Below are positions 34,901 through 42,674 of a DNA stretch of 62,562 bases, one piece after another. The DNA is taken from the UHGV virus genome UHGV-0106067, one strand, 5' to 3'. A program made the translations under genes and the position numbers. Source of the stretch: a virus. The notes beneath the pieces were generated by a model that was not told the DNA's origin, ran no database searches, and saw only the letters and a program-made list of their open reading frames with translations. The number at the start of each line of letters is the position of its first letter. Position 1 is the first letter of the stretch.

Positions 34901-37291
34901 GCGACCAGCGGCATTTTCCGGTGCCTGCGCACGTCCTTTCTGGAAACTCTGGCCCTTCACCTCACCGGTTGTGGTAAAACGACCACCACGTCCGGCCTGA
35001 TTTTCATCCGGCGTACGCGCTACTTCTCCTGGTAACGGATATCCCTGTCCGGGATGAATATCGCCGGGAGCGGGAAGGCGTGGACGCTCAGTTAACTCCT
35101 GTGCTGTCGGACCGGCATCACCTTCAGCCATCTGGGAACGCACCAGTTCTTCCGCCGTCGGCGCGTTGCCACGGGCAAGACGGGCCTGCACTTCTGTATC
35201 ATCCCCCGTAAAACCACGGAATCGCGGGTCACGCATGAACGCGGGCTGTTCCATCGGATCAGCATCAGTAATACGCTCTCCGTCAGCCAGAGTGTTAATG
35301 GTCTCCGTTGCCACATCTTCAGAGAACGCAGGATTATCCATTTCAACGGCATACTGATTCTCGCCTTTCTTCACTACGGACGGTTTCAGGCCGGTGGCGC
35401 TGGCATTGCGGAAAACGTCGCTCCCCAGAGCACTTTTTTCATCCGTGAAATAACGGTTGTCCGGACGCACCTTTTCAATGCGTTCTGCTGGTCTGGACGC
35501 ACCACTCCCGTTAATTTCAATACGAACTTCATCCGGATCGCGGAACCGCACCGTCGGGTAAATACTCCCGTCGCCATCATCCGCATTTTCCGGCTGTGGC
35601 TGTGCCTCCGGTCTGGCCTCCTGCTGAGGGCGAAGCACATCACGGATAGCCTGTAACTGCTGCTCTTCAGTATCAGTACGCCCTTCCTTCAGGCTGAGTT
35701 TTCGGTATTCCTCAAGCAGTTCAGGGCGCGGCTTCGCCTTCAGCTCATCCATCACCGCCTGTCGCTTCGCCTGTTCATCCAGTTCATTTAACAGCTGGCT
35801 GGCGGCTTCCCGGCGATGAACGGCAGACGTGTCTCCCTCAGGTGCCATATCCGCATCAGCATACTGTTCCAGAAGTTGCTCGCGATTCATGCCCTGCATG
35901 GATTCGCGATGCTGTGCCACCGGATCAGCCGGTTCGGGTTGCGGGGCTGCTTCACCCTGCTGTACGACTTCAGCCTCACGCATGGCGGTTTCTTCTGCGG
36001 CCTGACGTTTTCCACGATATCCGGCAACCGCACCGAACGGTGCGCCCATCGCTGCACCAAGAGCGGCTCCTTCGATCGTTGCGTCAGCTACCCCCTCCCA
36101 TGGTGATACATCCATTCCGGCAGTCTCACGCAACGTCATATTTTCCTGGTAACGCGAATAGCCGCCCTGCGCCGCATTAATCGTCCCCTGTTCCGTGGCA
36201 TTTCTGACAATGCCGCTTTTAACGGTCTTCGCCGTGCCCCGCATCGCCAGATTAAACAACTGAGCATCGCCCAGTTTTGCCGCCATGGCATTCACAGCCA
36301 GCAATTCAGGATCGGTTGCCAGCTGCGCGCGCACCTCATCGGCAACACGCTCTTTTGCCAGATCCATTTTCTGGCGATCAGTAAGCTGTGCGTGCTGCGG
36401 ATCTGCATCAATTGACAAAAACGTCTGCTGAAATTTCGGGGACTTCGCCAGCTCAGAGTAATCCGCGTTAAGAACAGAGTCTGCTGCTGCCATTGCACTC
36501 TGCCCCTGTGCGCTGGCTGAGGAATGGGTGATCAGGCCTGCCTGGAATAAATCCGGCATTTTTTTATCGACAGCTTCTGCTGCCAGTGCGGTAGCTCTTT
36601 CCGGCTGCATCCCTGCCGCAATGTATTTTTTCTCCAGCCCGGCGGTCAGCACTTTTCGCAGAGTGACTTCACCCAGCTTTTTAGTCACACCGCCTGCAAC
36701 CATATCAGGTACAAGGGCACCAATCAGGTTTACGCCCTTCGCCACCCAGACCGCAGAATCATCATAGCCTTCAGTCATCGGTGTATTCAGCGCCCGCTGC
36801 GCCCCCGGCGACATCTTGCCAGTCAGCCATTCATCCGAGGCTTTAGCGCCGCCACTGACTGCCTTGCCTGTGACCTTCAGACCTTTACCGACAGTATCAG
36901 TAACCGCATTTTTTCCATCAGGCAGAGTGTCGATGACCTCATCCGCCCCCTTGCTGCCACCGACAAAAATATCCTGAACAGTTGCGACTCCCGGCAGCCC
37001 CATACGGCTGAACTCATTTAAAATACGCGCCCCTGTTTTTACCGGGCTCTGAATCATCGCATCACCGAGTCCACGGGCCATTTCCCCTGCCCCCCGGACA
37101 GACTGGGCGACACCTTTCCCCATCGTTGGTAATACATCACTCAGGCTGAACGATGTGCTGTGATCAACAGCGTTCTCCGGGTTGTTGAAAAAATCCTGCC
37201 AGTAATTTTCGCCCGGCTGCTTAATGTTCAGGCTGCTGCGGTTCCGGTTACCCAATTGTGCTTCAGGGCGCTGTTCATCTGAATAAGCCAT
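28940..37291 (-). CDS. Giant (2783 aa) polyvalent virion/ejection protein with two zincin HExxH motifs and hydrophobic segments
   Basis: HEWFH at 33461-33475 and HEIIH at 32660-32674. Gly-zipper/TM-like stretches near both ends. The size is typical of 933W-like podophages. Confidence 0.75.
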   Translation of the reverse strand: MAYSDEQRPEAQLGNRNRSSLNIKQPGENYWQDFFNNPENAVDHSTSFSLSDVLPTMGKGVAQSVRGAGEMARGLGDAMIQSPVKTGARILNEFSRMGLPGVATVQDIFVGGSKGADEVIDTLPDGKNAVTDTVGKGLKVTGKAVSGGAKASDEWLTGKMSPGAQRALNTPMTEGYDDSAVWVAKGVNLIGALVPDMVAGGVTKKLGEVTLRKVLTAGLEKKYIAAGMQPERATALAAEAVDKKMPDLFQAGLITHSSASAQGQSAMAAADSVLNADYSELAKSPKFQQTFLSIDADPQHAQLTDRQKMDLAKERVADEVRAQLATDPELLAVNAMAAKLGDAQLFNLAMRGTAKTVKSGIVRNATEQGTINAAQGGYSRYQENMTLRETAGMDVSPWEGVADATIEGAALGAAMGAPFGAVAGYRGKRQAAEETAMREAEVVQQGEAAPQPEPADPVAQHRESMQGMNREQLLEQYADADMAPEGDTSAVHRREAASQLLNELDEQAKRQAVMDELKAKPRPELLEEYRKLSLKEGRTDTEEQQLQAIRDVLRPQQEARPEAQPQPENADDGDGSIYPTVRFRDPDEVRIEINGSGASRPAERIEKVRPDNRYFTDEKSALGSDVFRNASATGLKPSVVKKGENQYAVEMDNPAFSEDVATETINTLADGERITDADPMEQPAFMRDPRFRGFTGDDTEVQARLARGNAPTAEELVRSQMAEGDAGPTAQELTERPRLPAPGDIHPGQGYPLPGEVARTPDENQAGRGGRFTTTGEVKGQSFQKGRAQAPENAAGRQGEILEGETVRRGLPSPDEQNATAPMREGLPAPESQRGVDMPQPESLPRMVRDSLPELAQQAEARRQTGDNRQTITDVPDTEVPVPVDKPSTHQQARGAKIEDFGEEIKGAAKHRYAQLAEAMGKTLEDGEYATQPLSKLFPKPDYARLEKEGVDSDTLAMMALYRSEIPTRTSRNMQKWISIVKSGREATAGMLEGKIPAAKLADMMDSKPGLRSMSDTWKLLRTLSALQIDKASGYRVRSGVYSFVGGKRYDPPQMMYSLRDSKGRDLFFSESRDELLKKAKAYFDEQGSRERETPATSADDRITFDVYRHKASGDIFIGYGKNRQKLKGGFESARDAHDYVRTHRDELVNQVKALREVSREEQRNATNRDRTGPERRKGDVSPEQFSDAFGFCGVQFGNYVESPRRQADLNRAYDSLHDLADVLNVPTKALSLNGRLGLAFGARGKGKAAAHYEPGEVAINLTKGNGPGALAHEWFHSLDNYFGRYDVSTDGKITSGGDYMTEAQRAGRVFKDGRYVDAEYPVRQEVYDAFKGVMKAINSSDMLRRSERLDGVRSKPYWSTDVEMAARAFERYVQDKARMAGVENDYLVNIRKADDHGQPDTYAYPTNAELDGGIREAFDHLFRTLKTRETDKGVAFYSRKGVTRTPEGNLISDVNRSAEAKGSPVPQVEAVARGVISGIKDSDLKVRVVKSQKEAEALAGESFDGYGKVHAFYRPDKREIVLVADNIPDGRTVREKLRHEIIHHAMEHVVTPAEYQTIIKTVLKTRDSDNATIREAWRKVDASYAKESPEVQAGEFLAHMAEKQPNKFVAAWERVVALVKGVLRRTGLLKPTELNDIRLVRETIRTLGQRVREGYTPREDGAGASSQYSRSGKTDPFKVPEGEGERYRDDLARMMKSLRTTDLTVNIGRTPPVLRHLGAPDLPLVISRDTVRKATNGVKHVVPMDVIERLPELMHDPDAIYRSATERNAVVMLLDAMDKNGDPVVSAVHMKAVRSRLEINKVASVYGTEGGMNKANSLDKAGLTLYRKKKLSRDNLLHRGLQLPKGEHSYRGSVDKILYPEDIRKGPYYSRTSSLTPEETIASRFVRQMQDKFQVLKAVQENIRKTGGKIDDSNNAYMAEELFHGKAENDLNVMKERYVQPLAKLLADYKIAQADLDEYLYARHAPERNAHIAKINPKMPDGGSGMTNAEAAEIMQRVRNSGKQAQYDRLAGIVDDMLARRRELIREAGLEESGVVDAWQNAYRYYVPLKGQDVDGVVSLPRAGKGFTIGGRESRQAMGRASRAQSPSTQAIQDLSESLIRNRKNEVGNAFLKLVQDNPDKDYWQVFTDDKPDTMRAIAERVDPETGETRREVVERPVPMAMMADRYFTTKKDGKTYYIKLHDPRLMRAMKNMGPETSNAVIRTLGKVNRFLATVNTSYNPEFLVSNFIRDVQTAVMNLKAEQGRSDGKLKGLDNLSALAVVKDSRSAMSAVYASLRGKTLTGNGAQWQKVWKEFVEDGGKTGWFNMGDLEGQQKEMDRLVSLAKGGWKGQSIGAWHSFLNLVEDANGAVENALRLSAYKHARDAGLSRQQAASLAKNMTVNFNRRGEQGALMNSLYMFANASIQGTANLVRTLGHLNGDGPLPERLRWKNLNVPQKIALAAVGAGYLLGSLNRSVAGEDDDGVNWYDKVPSHVKERNLVIMKSVFGGKAGEYWSIPLPYGYNVFFLLGHTAEGVAAGDLTASRAAGNVVGGILGAFSPVGSETSETLSGALLKNAAPTILRPFANLAMNENFMGAQIYQENMPFGTPKPDSQLGRRSTPEAYKAFASWLNAFSGGSQYRPGAVDITPESLKFWIDYISGGTGRFISKTTDAAVKSLNGIDIPEQQVPFLGKISGEVMPYADQQKMYDRMTEVAQYHAELKSLTGAERTAFIDENNGKLLMNGLMQDTRKRLKDLRKQRDAIYADSTLSLAQQSAMVKSVERDMKIAVDRFNREYNKKVGVE

Positions 37292-37301
37292 ACAGACTCC
37301 A

Positions 37302-37332
37302 GTAAAAAAAAGCCCGACGCGATGGTCGGGCG
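37302..37332 (-). terminator. Intrinsic terminator upstream of the giant gene
   Basis: GCCCGAC-catcgc-GTCGGGC followed by T8. Confidence 0.75.
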
Positions 37333-37376
37333 TAAGTGAACGAGATTAACGGGAAGTGCGTTACTGCCGCGTAACT

Positions 37377-38639
37377 TTACTTCATCCAGCCTCTGATCTC
37401 TTCGGCTGATGCAGCAGCGCTATAATTCTTCGCTTTTTCCTGTTCGGCTTTTTTATCCCGGAGGTGATTCTGGTACCAAATTTCCAGCTCCTTTTCACGC
37501 CCCGGTTCCAGCAAGGCTGGCATATTGGCGGCAGTCGCTTTGACAAACTCCAGTTTGACCGGATCGCCCTCCGCCCAGGTCTGCCCCTTCTGTAAAAGCT
37601 GTTCAAATTTCTGTTGCTGAATTTTCTGCTGATATTCCGGTAAACCATGCGCAGCTAAAAATTCATCCCTCGCAGCCTGAGCATTACCGCCGTTCTTGAT
37701 CGCTTCCGCTGCTACCTGGCTGGCTTCTTTCTGAATATCTTTCAGAGAAAGCCCCTCCTGCTTCGGCGTGAAATAACCGAAATTTTTCGAAATTTCCGCG
37801 AATTTACTGCGATCCCTGACAAGCTCAACAGCCTTATCAACAGGCACCGCCAGCACGGTTTGATCATCAGGATGTGCACTGCCGTATTCTGTTACAGGTT
37901 TATGCGCGGTGGAGCCATCGCTGTATGTGAGATCAAGGCCAATAAGTACGTACCCTTCCTGCTGCGCCGGTACGATACTGCCAATCCTGGCCTCTTTTAT
38001 CGTCTTTTTCCCGGTTGAATCGGGCATGCCAATACGCTGTTGCAGTTCCGGGGCAAACACACCAGAAAGCGCATCAAGACTTTCCGGGGTATTGAGTGAA
38101 GCGATCGCCCTGTCCGGCTTGTCATCAAAGATTTTTTGCAGGTTGTTCACGGCCTGACCCGCTTTCGCTGCATAGCCTTCACTTGACATAAGAGTTAATG
38201 GATGTCCCTTTGGTAACTGCCCGTAAATACGCATTGCAGCCTCCTGATCGCCAGCATCAATTGCTTTTCCAAGCGCTGTCATTAATGGCTGGCTGTGGGC
38301 AATCATATCGTTATACTCAAGCCGTCGCTGGTTGTATTTTTCCAGTTGCAGCCTCTGCTGAGAAATGCCAAGTGACGCATTCCGGTAATTCTGCGCTGCG
38401 GCGTGTTCCCTCTCTTTCAGCGCATATTCACGATCGGCATTTTTGACATTAAGATCATATGTACGCTGATCATTTTCCTTTCGATGCTCAAACTGCGACT
38501 GCGCAAATTCAAAATCGCGCTCGTTATTTTTCTGTTGTTGAGCAAGCTGTGCTTCACGCAGACCAAGCTCCTTACGACGGGTCATGGCCTGGTCAACGGT
38601 GCTGAATCCGGCAAGTAACCCCTGTGCAAATCCGCTCAT
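37377..38639 (-). CDS. Hypothetical virion (ejection-type) protein
   Basis: 420 aa, coiled-coil-rich, in the structural operon. Confidence 0.55.
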   Translation of the reverse strand: MSGFAQGLLAGFSTVDQAMTRRKELGLREAQLAQQQKNNERDFEFAQSQFEHRKENDQRTYDLNVKNADREYALKEREHAAAQNYRNASLGISQQRLQLEKYNQRRLEYNDMIAHSQPLMTALGKAIDAGDQEAAMRIYGQLPKGHPLTLMSSEGYAAKAGQAVNNLQKIFDDKPDRAIASLNTPESLDALSGVFAPELQQRIGMPDSTGKKTIKEARIGSIVPAQQEGYVLIGLDLTYSDGSTAHKPVTEYGSAHPDDQTVLAVPVDKAVELVRDRSKFAEISKNFGYFTPKQEGLSLKDIQKEASQVAAEAIKNGGNAQAARDEFLAAHGLPEYQQKIQQQKFEQLLQKGQTWAEGDPVKLEFVKATAANMPALLEPGREKELEIWYQNHLRDKKAEQEKAKNYSAAASAEEIRGWMK

Positions 38640-38649
38640 TCACCACTCC

Positions 38650-38901
38650 TTAAAACAACGAACCAGCAAGACCACCGATGACTGCACCAATAGCGGCACC
38701 GGGGAGACCACCAACAGCAGCGCCCATAGCTGCACCCGTACCAATTCCCGTGCCGATATTCTGTTTGTTCTGCGCTTTCTGTTGCGCCGCCATCTGTTTG
38801 TTCGCGGCCTCAATTTCTTCACGTCGTCTGTCGGCATCACTTATTCCCTGTAATGCCTCACGCCGCGACTGATTCGCAATATCCAGTAAACCGTATCCCA
38901 T
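38650..38901 (-). CDS. Glycine-zipper membrane protein
   Basis: C-terminus GTGIGTGAAMGAAVGGLPGAAIGAVIGGLAG. Confidence 0.55.
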   Translation of the reverse strand: MGYGLLDIANQSRREALQGISDADRRREEIEAANKQMAAQQKAQNKQNIGTGIGTGAAMGAAVGGLPGAAIGAVIGGLAGSLF

Positions 38902-38910
38902 ATTTCCTCC

Positions 38911-39363
38911 TTACGCTGACACCAGTTGTCCGCCAACACTCAGTTGCTGTCTTGCAGGTGCAGAAGCCCCCGTCAGTATGTTCATCTGGCGATCCTGCTC
39001 TGCTTCACGGATACCATTTTTCGCGCCAGCAATTGCCAGGGCATTACGTAACCCCAGCGTATTACTGTTGGGATTATCAGGTCGGTTAACGCCATATCGT
39101 GCCATCTGGTTATCCTGCGCCATCTGCGCTGTACGGAGACTGGAAGTGGCAAGGCCGCCCACCCGGGCAAGCTGCGCATTCATCAGGCTGTTGTTCTCGC
39201 CAAGGTCAGCCAGCCTTGCCACGCGGGGCAAATATCTGGTTCGCCAGTCGTCGTATTGTTGGCGTGTCAGCGCTGCTGACGTCTGCCAGTCACCCTGTGG
39301 GCGGGCTGCTCCTGAATAACCAGCCCTTGCGAGAGTTTCGTATTTACCGTACTCCATAATCAC
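38911..39363 (-). CDS. Hypothetical structural protein
   Basis: 150-aa ORF coupled to its neighbours. Confidence 0.5.
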   Translation of the reverse strand: MIMEYGKYETLARAGYSGAARPQGDWQTSAALTRQQYDDWRTRYLPRVARLADLGENNSLMNAQLARVGGLATSSLRTAQMAQDNQMARYGVNRPDNPNSNTLGLRNALAIAGAKNGIREAEQDRQMNILTGASAPARQQLSVGGQLVSA

Positions 39364-40013
39364 AGTCTCCAGTTCTGAGCCTGATGCTGAATGGCATTAG
39401 CGCCGGTGCCTGGCGTTTTAGCGCCACCACCTCCGTTACCGCCAGCCTTATGCATCGCGTACGCACCTACAGCTCCCAGACCAGCGCCAACAAGAGAAGC
39501 TCGCCCCTGCTGTTTCGTAAACGCAGCCTGTGCGTCCGATTTAGCTTTTGCCAGACTGCTGTCTGCCAGCGAGTTAAAACTCTGTAACGCATCTGCCTTC
39601 TGACCGGAACCGAGAGCAGCAACATCCTGTAGCCCGGCAACATACTTATCTGCCTGCGATACCTGCCCCCGTGTGGTTGTGTCAATCTGCCCGGTTACCT
39701 GATCACTCTGGTTCGCATTCATTACCGCGTTAAAGCGACCACTGGACGGGTCAACACCGGACTGAGCAAGATTACCCGCCAGCTCCTTCCGTGCTTCGCC
39801 AAACTGTTTCTGATACCCCAGATTTGTGGTGCCAGCAATATTGTCGTACTGCTGCTCACTGTTAAGGTCATCGACCTTTTTCATGAAGTTATCTTCTGCC
39901 GGACGGAGAATATTTTTGTAATCCTGCCACCCTTTCCAGGCCACCTCTTCCTGTGCTATTTGCGCTGCTGTTGGTTTTACTTTGGTATCACCACCACCTT
40001 TACTTCCGCCCAT
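39360..40013 (-). CDS. Hypothetical structural protein (Gly-rich C-terminus)
   Basis: 217-aa ORF with SD GAGGAG. Confidence 0.5.
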   Translation of the reverse strand: MGGSKGGGDTKVKPTAAQIAQEEVAWKGWQDYKNILRPAEDNFMKKVDDLNSEQQYDNIAGTTNLGYQKQFGEARKELAGNLAQSGVDPSSGRFNAVMNANQSDQVTGQIDTTTRGQVSQADKYVAGLQDVAALGSGQKADALQSFNSLADSSLAKAKSDAQAAFTKQQGRASLVGAGLGAVGAYAMHKAGGNGGGGAKTPGTGANAIQHQAQNWRL

Positions 40014-40029
40014 AATGGCTCCTCAGATA

Positions 40030-40055
40030 ACAAAAAACCCTGCCGGAGCAGGGTC
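40030..40055 (-). terminator. Intrinsic terminator
   Basis: ACCCTGC-tccg-GCAGGGT followed by TTTTTG. Confidence 0.75.
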
Positions 40056-40106
40056 AGAATGTGAATTGCAATGTGGGTTTACGCTCGATGATGAATACAG
40101 TGGCAG

Positions 40107-40484
40107 TCAGACTGCTATCCTGAACACCATGAAGCCATCCTCATCATCCGGCATTCGCTCAAAGCCCAGACGTTTTCCCAGCCAGATAAATCCTCGTCTT
40201 GCCGTATGAAATTCGGCCCAGCGTCCGCCAGCCAGGCGGGTTAATGTCTTCACCTCCGGCAGATAACGCTCAACACTCTTACTCCCCGTACACACGCCCA
40301 GTAACACCAGAACATAAGGGATACCATCGTCACTGAGCACAGAACGCAGCACCAGAAAACCATCCGGCGCTTCAAAGCAAAACGCCTGCTTTTTAAGGCA
40401 GGCGTCTTTAACTTCATTCATAAATTCAGGGTTGCGGGAATTTCTCACAACACGCTGCATATACCGGAGAATTCTGTCGTCCAT
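40107..40484 (-). CDS. Hypothetical moron protein (possibly acetyltransferase-like fold)
   Basis: SD AGGTGA before ATG 40484 (alternative start at 40508). Isolated between terminators. Confidence 0.4.
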   Translation of the reverse strand: MDDRILRYMQRVVRNSRNPEFMNEVKDACLKKQAFCFEAPDGFLVLRSVLSDDGIPYVLVLLGVCTGSKSVERYLPEVKTLTRLAGGRWAEFHTARRGFIWLGKRLGFERMPDDEDGFMVFRIAV

Positions 40485-40564
40485 TCTCTCACCTGAAACG
40501 GGTGCCATATCGGCTGAACCTCAGCAACCAGTTGACGGGGACTTTCGTCCCCGTCGCGGTTTTC

Positions 40565-40705
40565 CTACTGCTTACACTGTAAGAACGCCGCAAACTCCGC
40601 TCCCCACAAATTCAGCCGGAACTCACACAACGAGCCGTGTAACATCCAGATGGTGAAGATTACCGTCATACAAATTGTGACAGTGATGAGCGATTTTTGC
40701 GACAT
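40565..40705 (-). CDS. Second Hok-family type I toxin (HokA-like)
   Basis: Hand translation: MSQKSLITVTICMTVIFTIWMLHGSLCEFRLNLWGAEFAAFLQCKQ (46 aa). SD AGGAGG. The leader contains GGTTAGCGCCTCT, like the other hok locus. Confidence 0.8.
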   Translation of the reverse strand: MSQKSLITVTICMTVIFTIWMLHGSLCEFRLNLWGAEFAAFLQCKQ

Positions 40706-40888
40706 AGCGCTTGCCTCCTGAGTGGAGAGGCGCTAACCTTCTACTTGCTTAAGGTATGATGGTTAGGGCCTCGGGTTAAACAAAATGTTTGACTCGGGGC
40801 CTTTCCACATCAGGCCTTCAGGTTCTCCCTCCAGCCATCAGCCGAAAGGCACCCGCGCATAATCTACGATTTTTGCCCTGCACGGGCA

Positions 40889-40916
40889 ACAAAAAACCCG
40901 CCATCACAGCGGGTTA
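40889..40916 (-). terminator. Intrinsic terminator after lom
   Basis: AACCCGC-tgtgatg-GCGGGTT followed by TTTTTG. Confidence 0.8.
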
Positions 40917-40937
40917 TGACATGTTGTCGGATACAGT

Positions 40938-41669
40938 TCAGAATTTCAGGCCAATACCTACAACAACCCCGCTCGTGCGCCAGTCACCAGATCCGGAGCT
41001 TTCATACGCGACATCCATAGCAACACTTTCATTCAGGTTAAATTGTGCACCAGCAGCCCATGCAAGTGCTGTTTTTTTCGTACTGTTGCTTTCAGAAAAT
41101 CCACCGGTACTGTTAATGTTGTCCTTAATTTTCAGGTCAGCGGTAACTTTAGCTACGCCCATACCAGCCATTGCATACACACTGAGGTATTCGTTAAACC
41201 GCCACGAAGGACCCGCTAACAGGCTCCAGTAATTCGCTCTGATATCTGTTCTTCCTGAAGCTGCCGGATTTTTAACCTCTCTGGATTCATCTCCTGGGTT
41301 AATATCAATAAATGCCTGCGCATTAGTCATAGAACGCGCCCATGTAAAAGATGTTATAACACCAATCTCATCCGTTATCTCATAACGATACCTGATGCTC
41401 ATCCCCTGAGGAGATTTGCCTTTGCCATCATGCCCCCGGACAGAAGCATCTGCATATTCGCCTGAATTGAAGTAGTGTCTGTTTGTAAAACGGTTAAAAG
41501 TATCAAGATTATAAAGACTTAAATCCTTAACAAAATTGTTCAGTCCAGAGAGCTGAAGATGAGCGTATCCGAAAGAAACTGTACTGTCACCTTGTGCTGC
41601 ACAGGCAGGGGCTGCTACAAAACTCATCACAAAAGTTGTGCACGCAAAAATAATTCTGGCATGTTTCAT
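40938..41669 (-). CDS. lom: Ail/Lom/PagC-family outer-membrane beta-barrel protein
   Basis: Signal peptide ...APACAAQG. Alternating beta-strand pattern. C-terminus VVVGIGLKF. Confidence 0.8.
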   Translation of the reverse strand: MKHARIIFACTTFVMSFVAAPACAAQGDSTVSFGYAHLQLSGLNNFVKDLSLYNLDTFNRFTNRHYFNSGEYADASVRGHDGKGKSPQGMSIRYRYEITDEIGVITSFTWARSMTNAQAFIDINPGDESREVKNPAASGRTDIRANYWSLLAGPSWRFNEYLSVYAMAGMGVAKVTADLKIKDNINSTGGFSESNSTKKTALAWAAGAQFNLNESVAMDVAYESSGSGDWRTSGVVVGIGLKF

Positions 41670-41755
41670 TTTTAGACTTTTCCTATAATAAAATAACCCC
41701 GTATTATCTAAGATGAATTTAGTTTTATTACTTAATATTCATACTGACAGGCATA

Positions 41756-42382
41756 TCAGTCATATATTGATGAATTAATGACCAGCACTTTATCTATATA
41801 CGGCTTCCGAATATCCCATGTTGCACGACCGGAATAATGCTCACAGGAATATATTTTATTTCCTGTAGCCCCCGTTGATGTGGTGTAAATCGGTCGGTCA
41901 TAAGGTGTACGCTGCCAGTTATAATACCCAACCAGTGCAGGCATAATTGCACATGGATATCCGAGGTCTTTTTCAAATTTGATATCAACAGGTATTAACT
42001 TCGCGTCAAGCAGCATCATTTCGCCATGGTAAATCATCTCACCCGACGGGTTATACATGGCAATACCATACTCAGAAGGTTGAGTAACCATATTCGCAAA
42101 AGCATAAACAGTCGTAACACCAGGATTCGTTCCCCTGACAATTTGATGAAGCCTTAAGGCATGATATCCATCAATCTGTTCATGTGTGTACATGACATCG
42201 GCCTTTTTCTCTGTTCTGATAAAGAAAAAACAACTTTTTCCTGACGGGATTGATGTTTTAAAAAAAGCCTTCTCAGTCGCCGGAATAGTTCCCTTATTGA
42301 TCAGACACTGAGGCGTAAACCCCGGGCTTATCCACAAGCTGCCATCTGGTTTCGTAATGCTTAAACCATACATACAACTCAC
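41756..42382 (-). CDS. Hypothetical protein
   Basis: 208 aa, coupled to the upstream ORF. Confidence 0.5.
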   Translation of the reverse strand: MSCMYGLSITKPDGSLWISPGFTPQCLINKGTIPATEKAFFKTSIPSGKSCFFFIRTEKKADVMYTHEQIDGYHALRLHQIVRGTNPGVTTVYAFANMVTQPSEYGIAMYNPSGEMIYHGEMMLLDAKLIPVDIKFEKDLGYPCAIMPALVGYYNWQRTPYDRPIYTTSTGATGNKIYSCEHYSGRATWDIRKPYIDKVLVINSSIYD

Positions 42383-42660
42383 CCCCAGAATGTATAAATA
42401 TATGACCCCATCCCCTGCTCAAGATTCGACCACGTCACCGTATTGCCATTAATGGTTATCTTCGGTACTTTCCGGTCCTTAAATACATTATTCCACGGAA
42501 ATAATGAACAGACTGCCTGTAATGTTTTCCCTTCTGGTTTATTCGTATACGTTTTTGATCCCGACTCCGACGTAAATCTGTCCAGGAAAAATATGGGAGT
42601 AAGCACGCCCGTAACATTAACATTGTTTCTGTTGTATATTGCAAAACCATATTCTGCCAA
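42379..42660 (-). CDS. Hypothetical protein
   Basis: 93 aa. Confidence 0.5.
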   Translation of the reverse strand: MAEYGFAIYNRNNVNVTGVLTPIFFLDRFTSESGSKTYTNKPEGKTLQAVCSLFPWNNVFKDRKVPKITINGNTVTWSNLEQGMGSYIYTFWG

Positions 42661-42674
42661 TGTCAGCCTCCGGC

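Noticed and set aside
29033-36767. Numerous 60-200-aa ORFs on the plus strand and in alternative frames within 28940..37291
   Set aside because: They are nested in the single 2783-aa ORF and lack SDs. They show skewed composition (R/P/S/H-rich) typical of antisense translation of a GC-rich gene.
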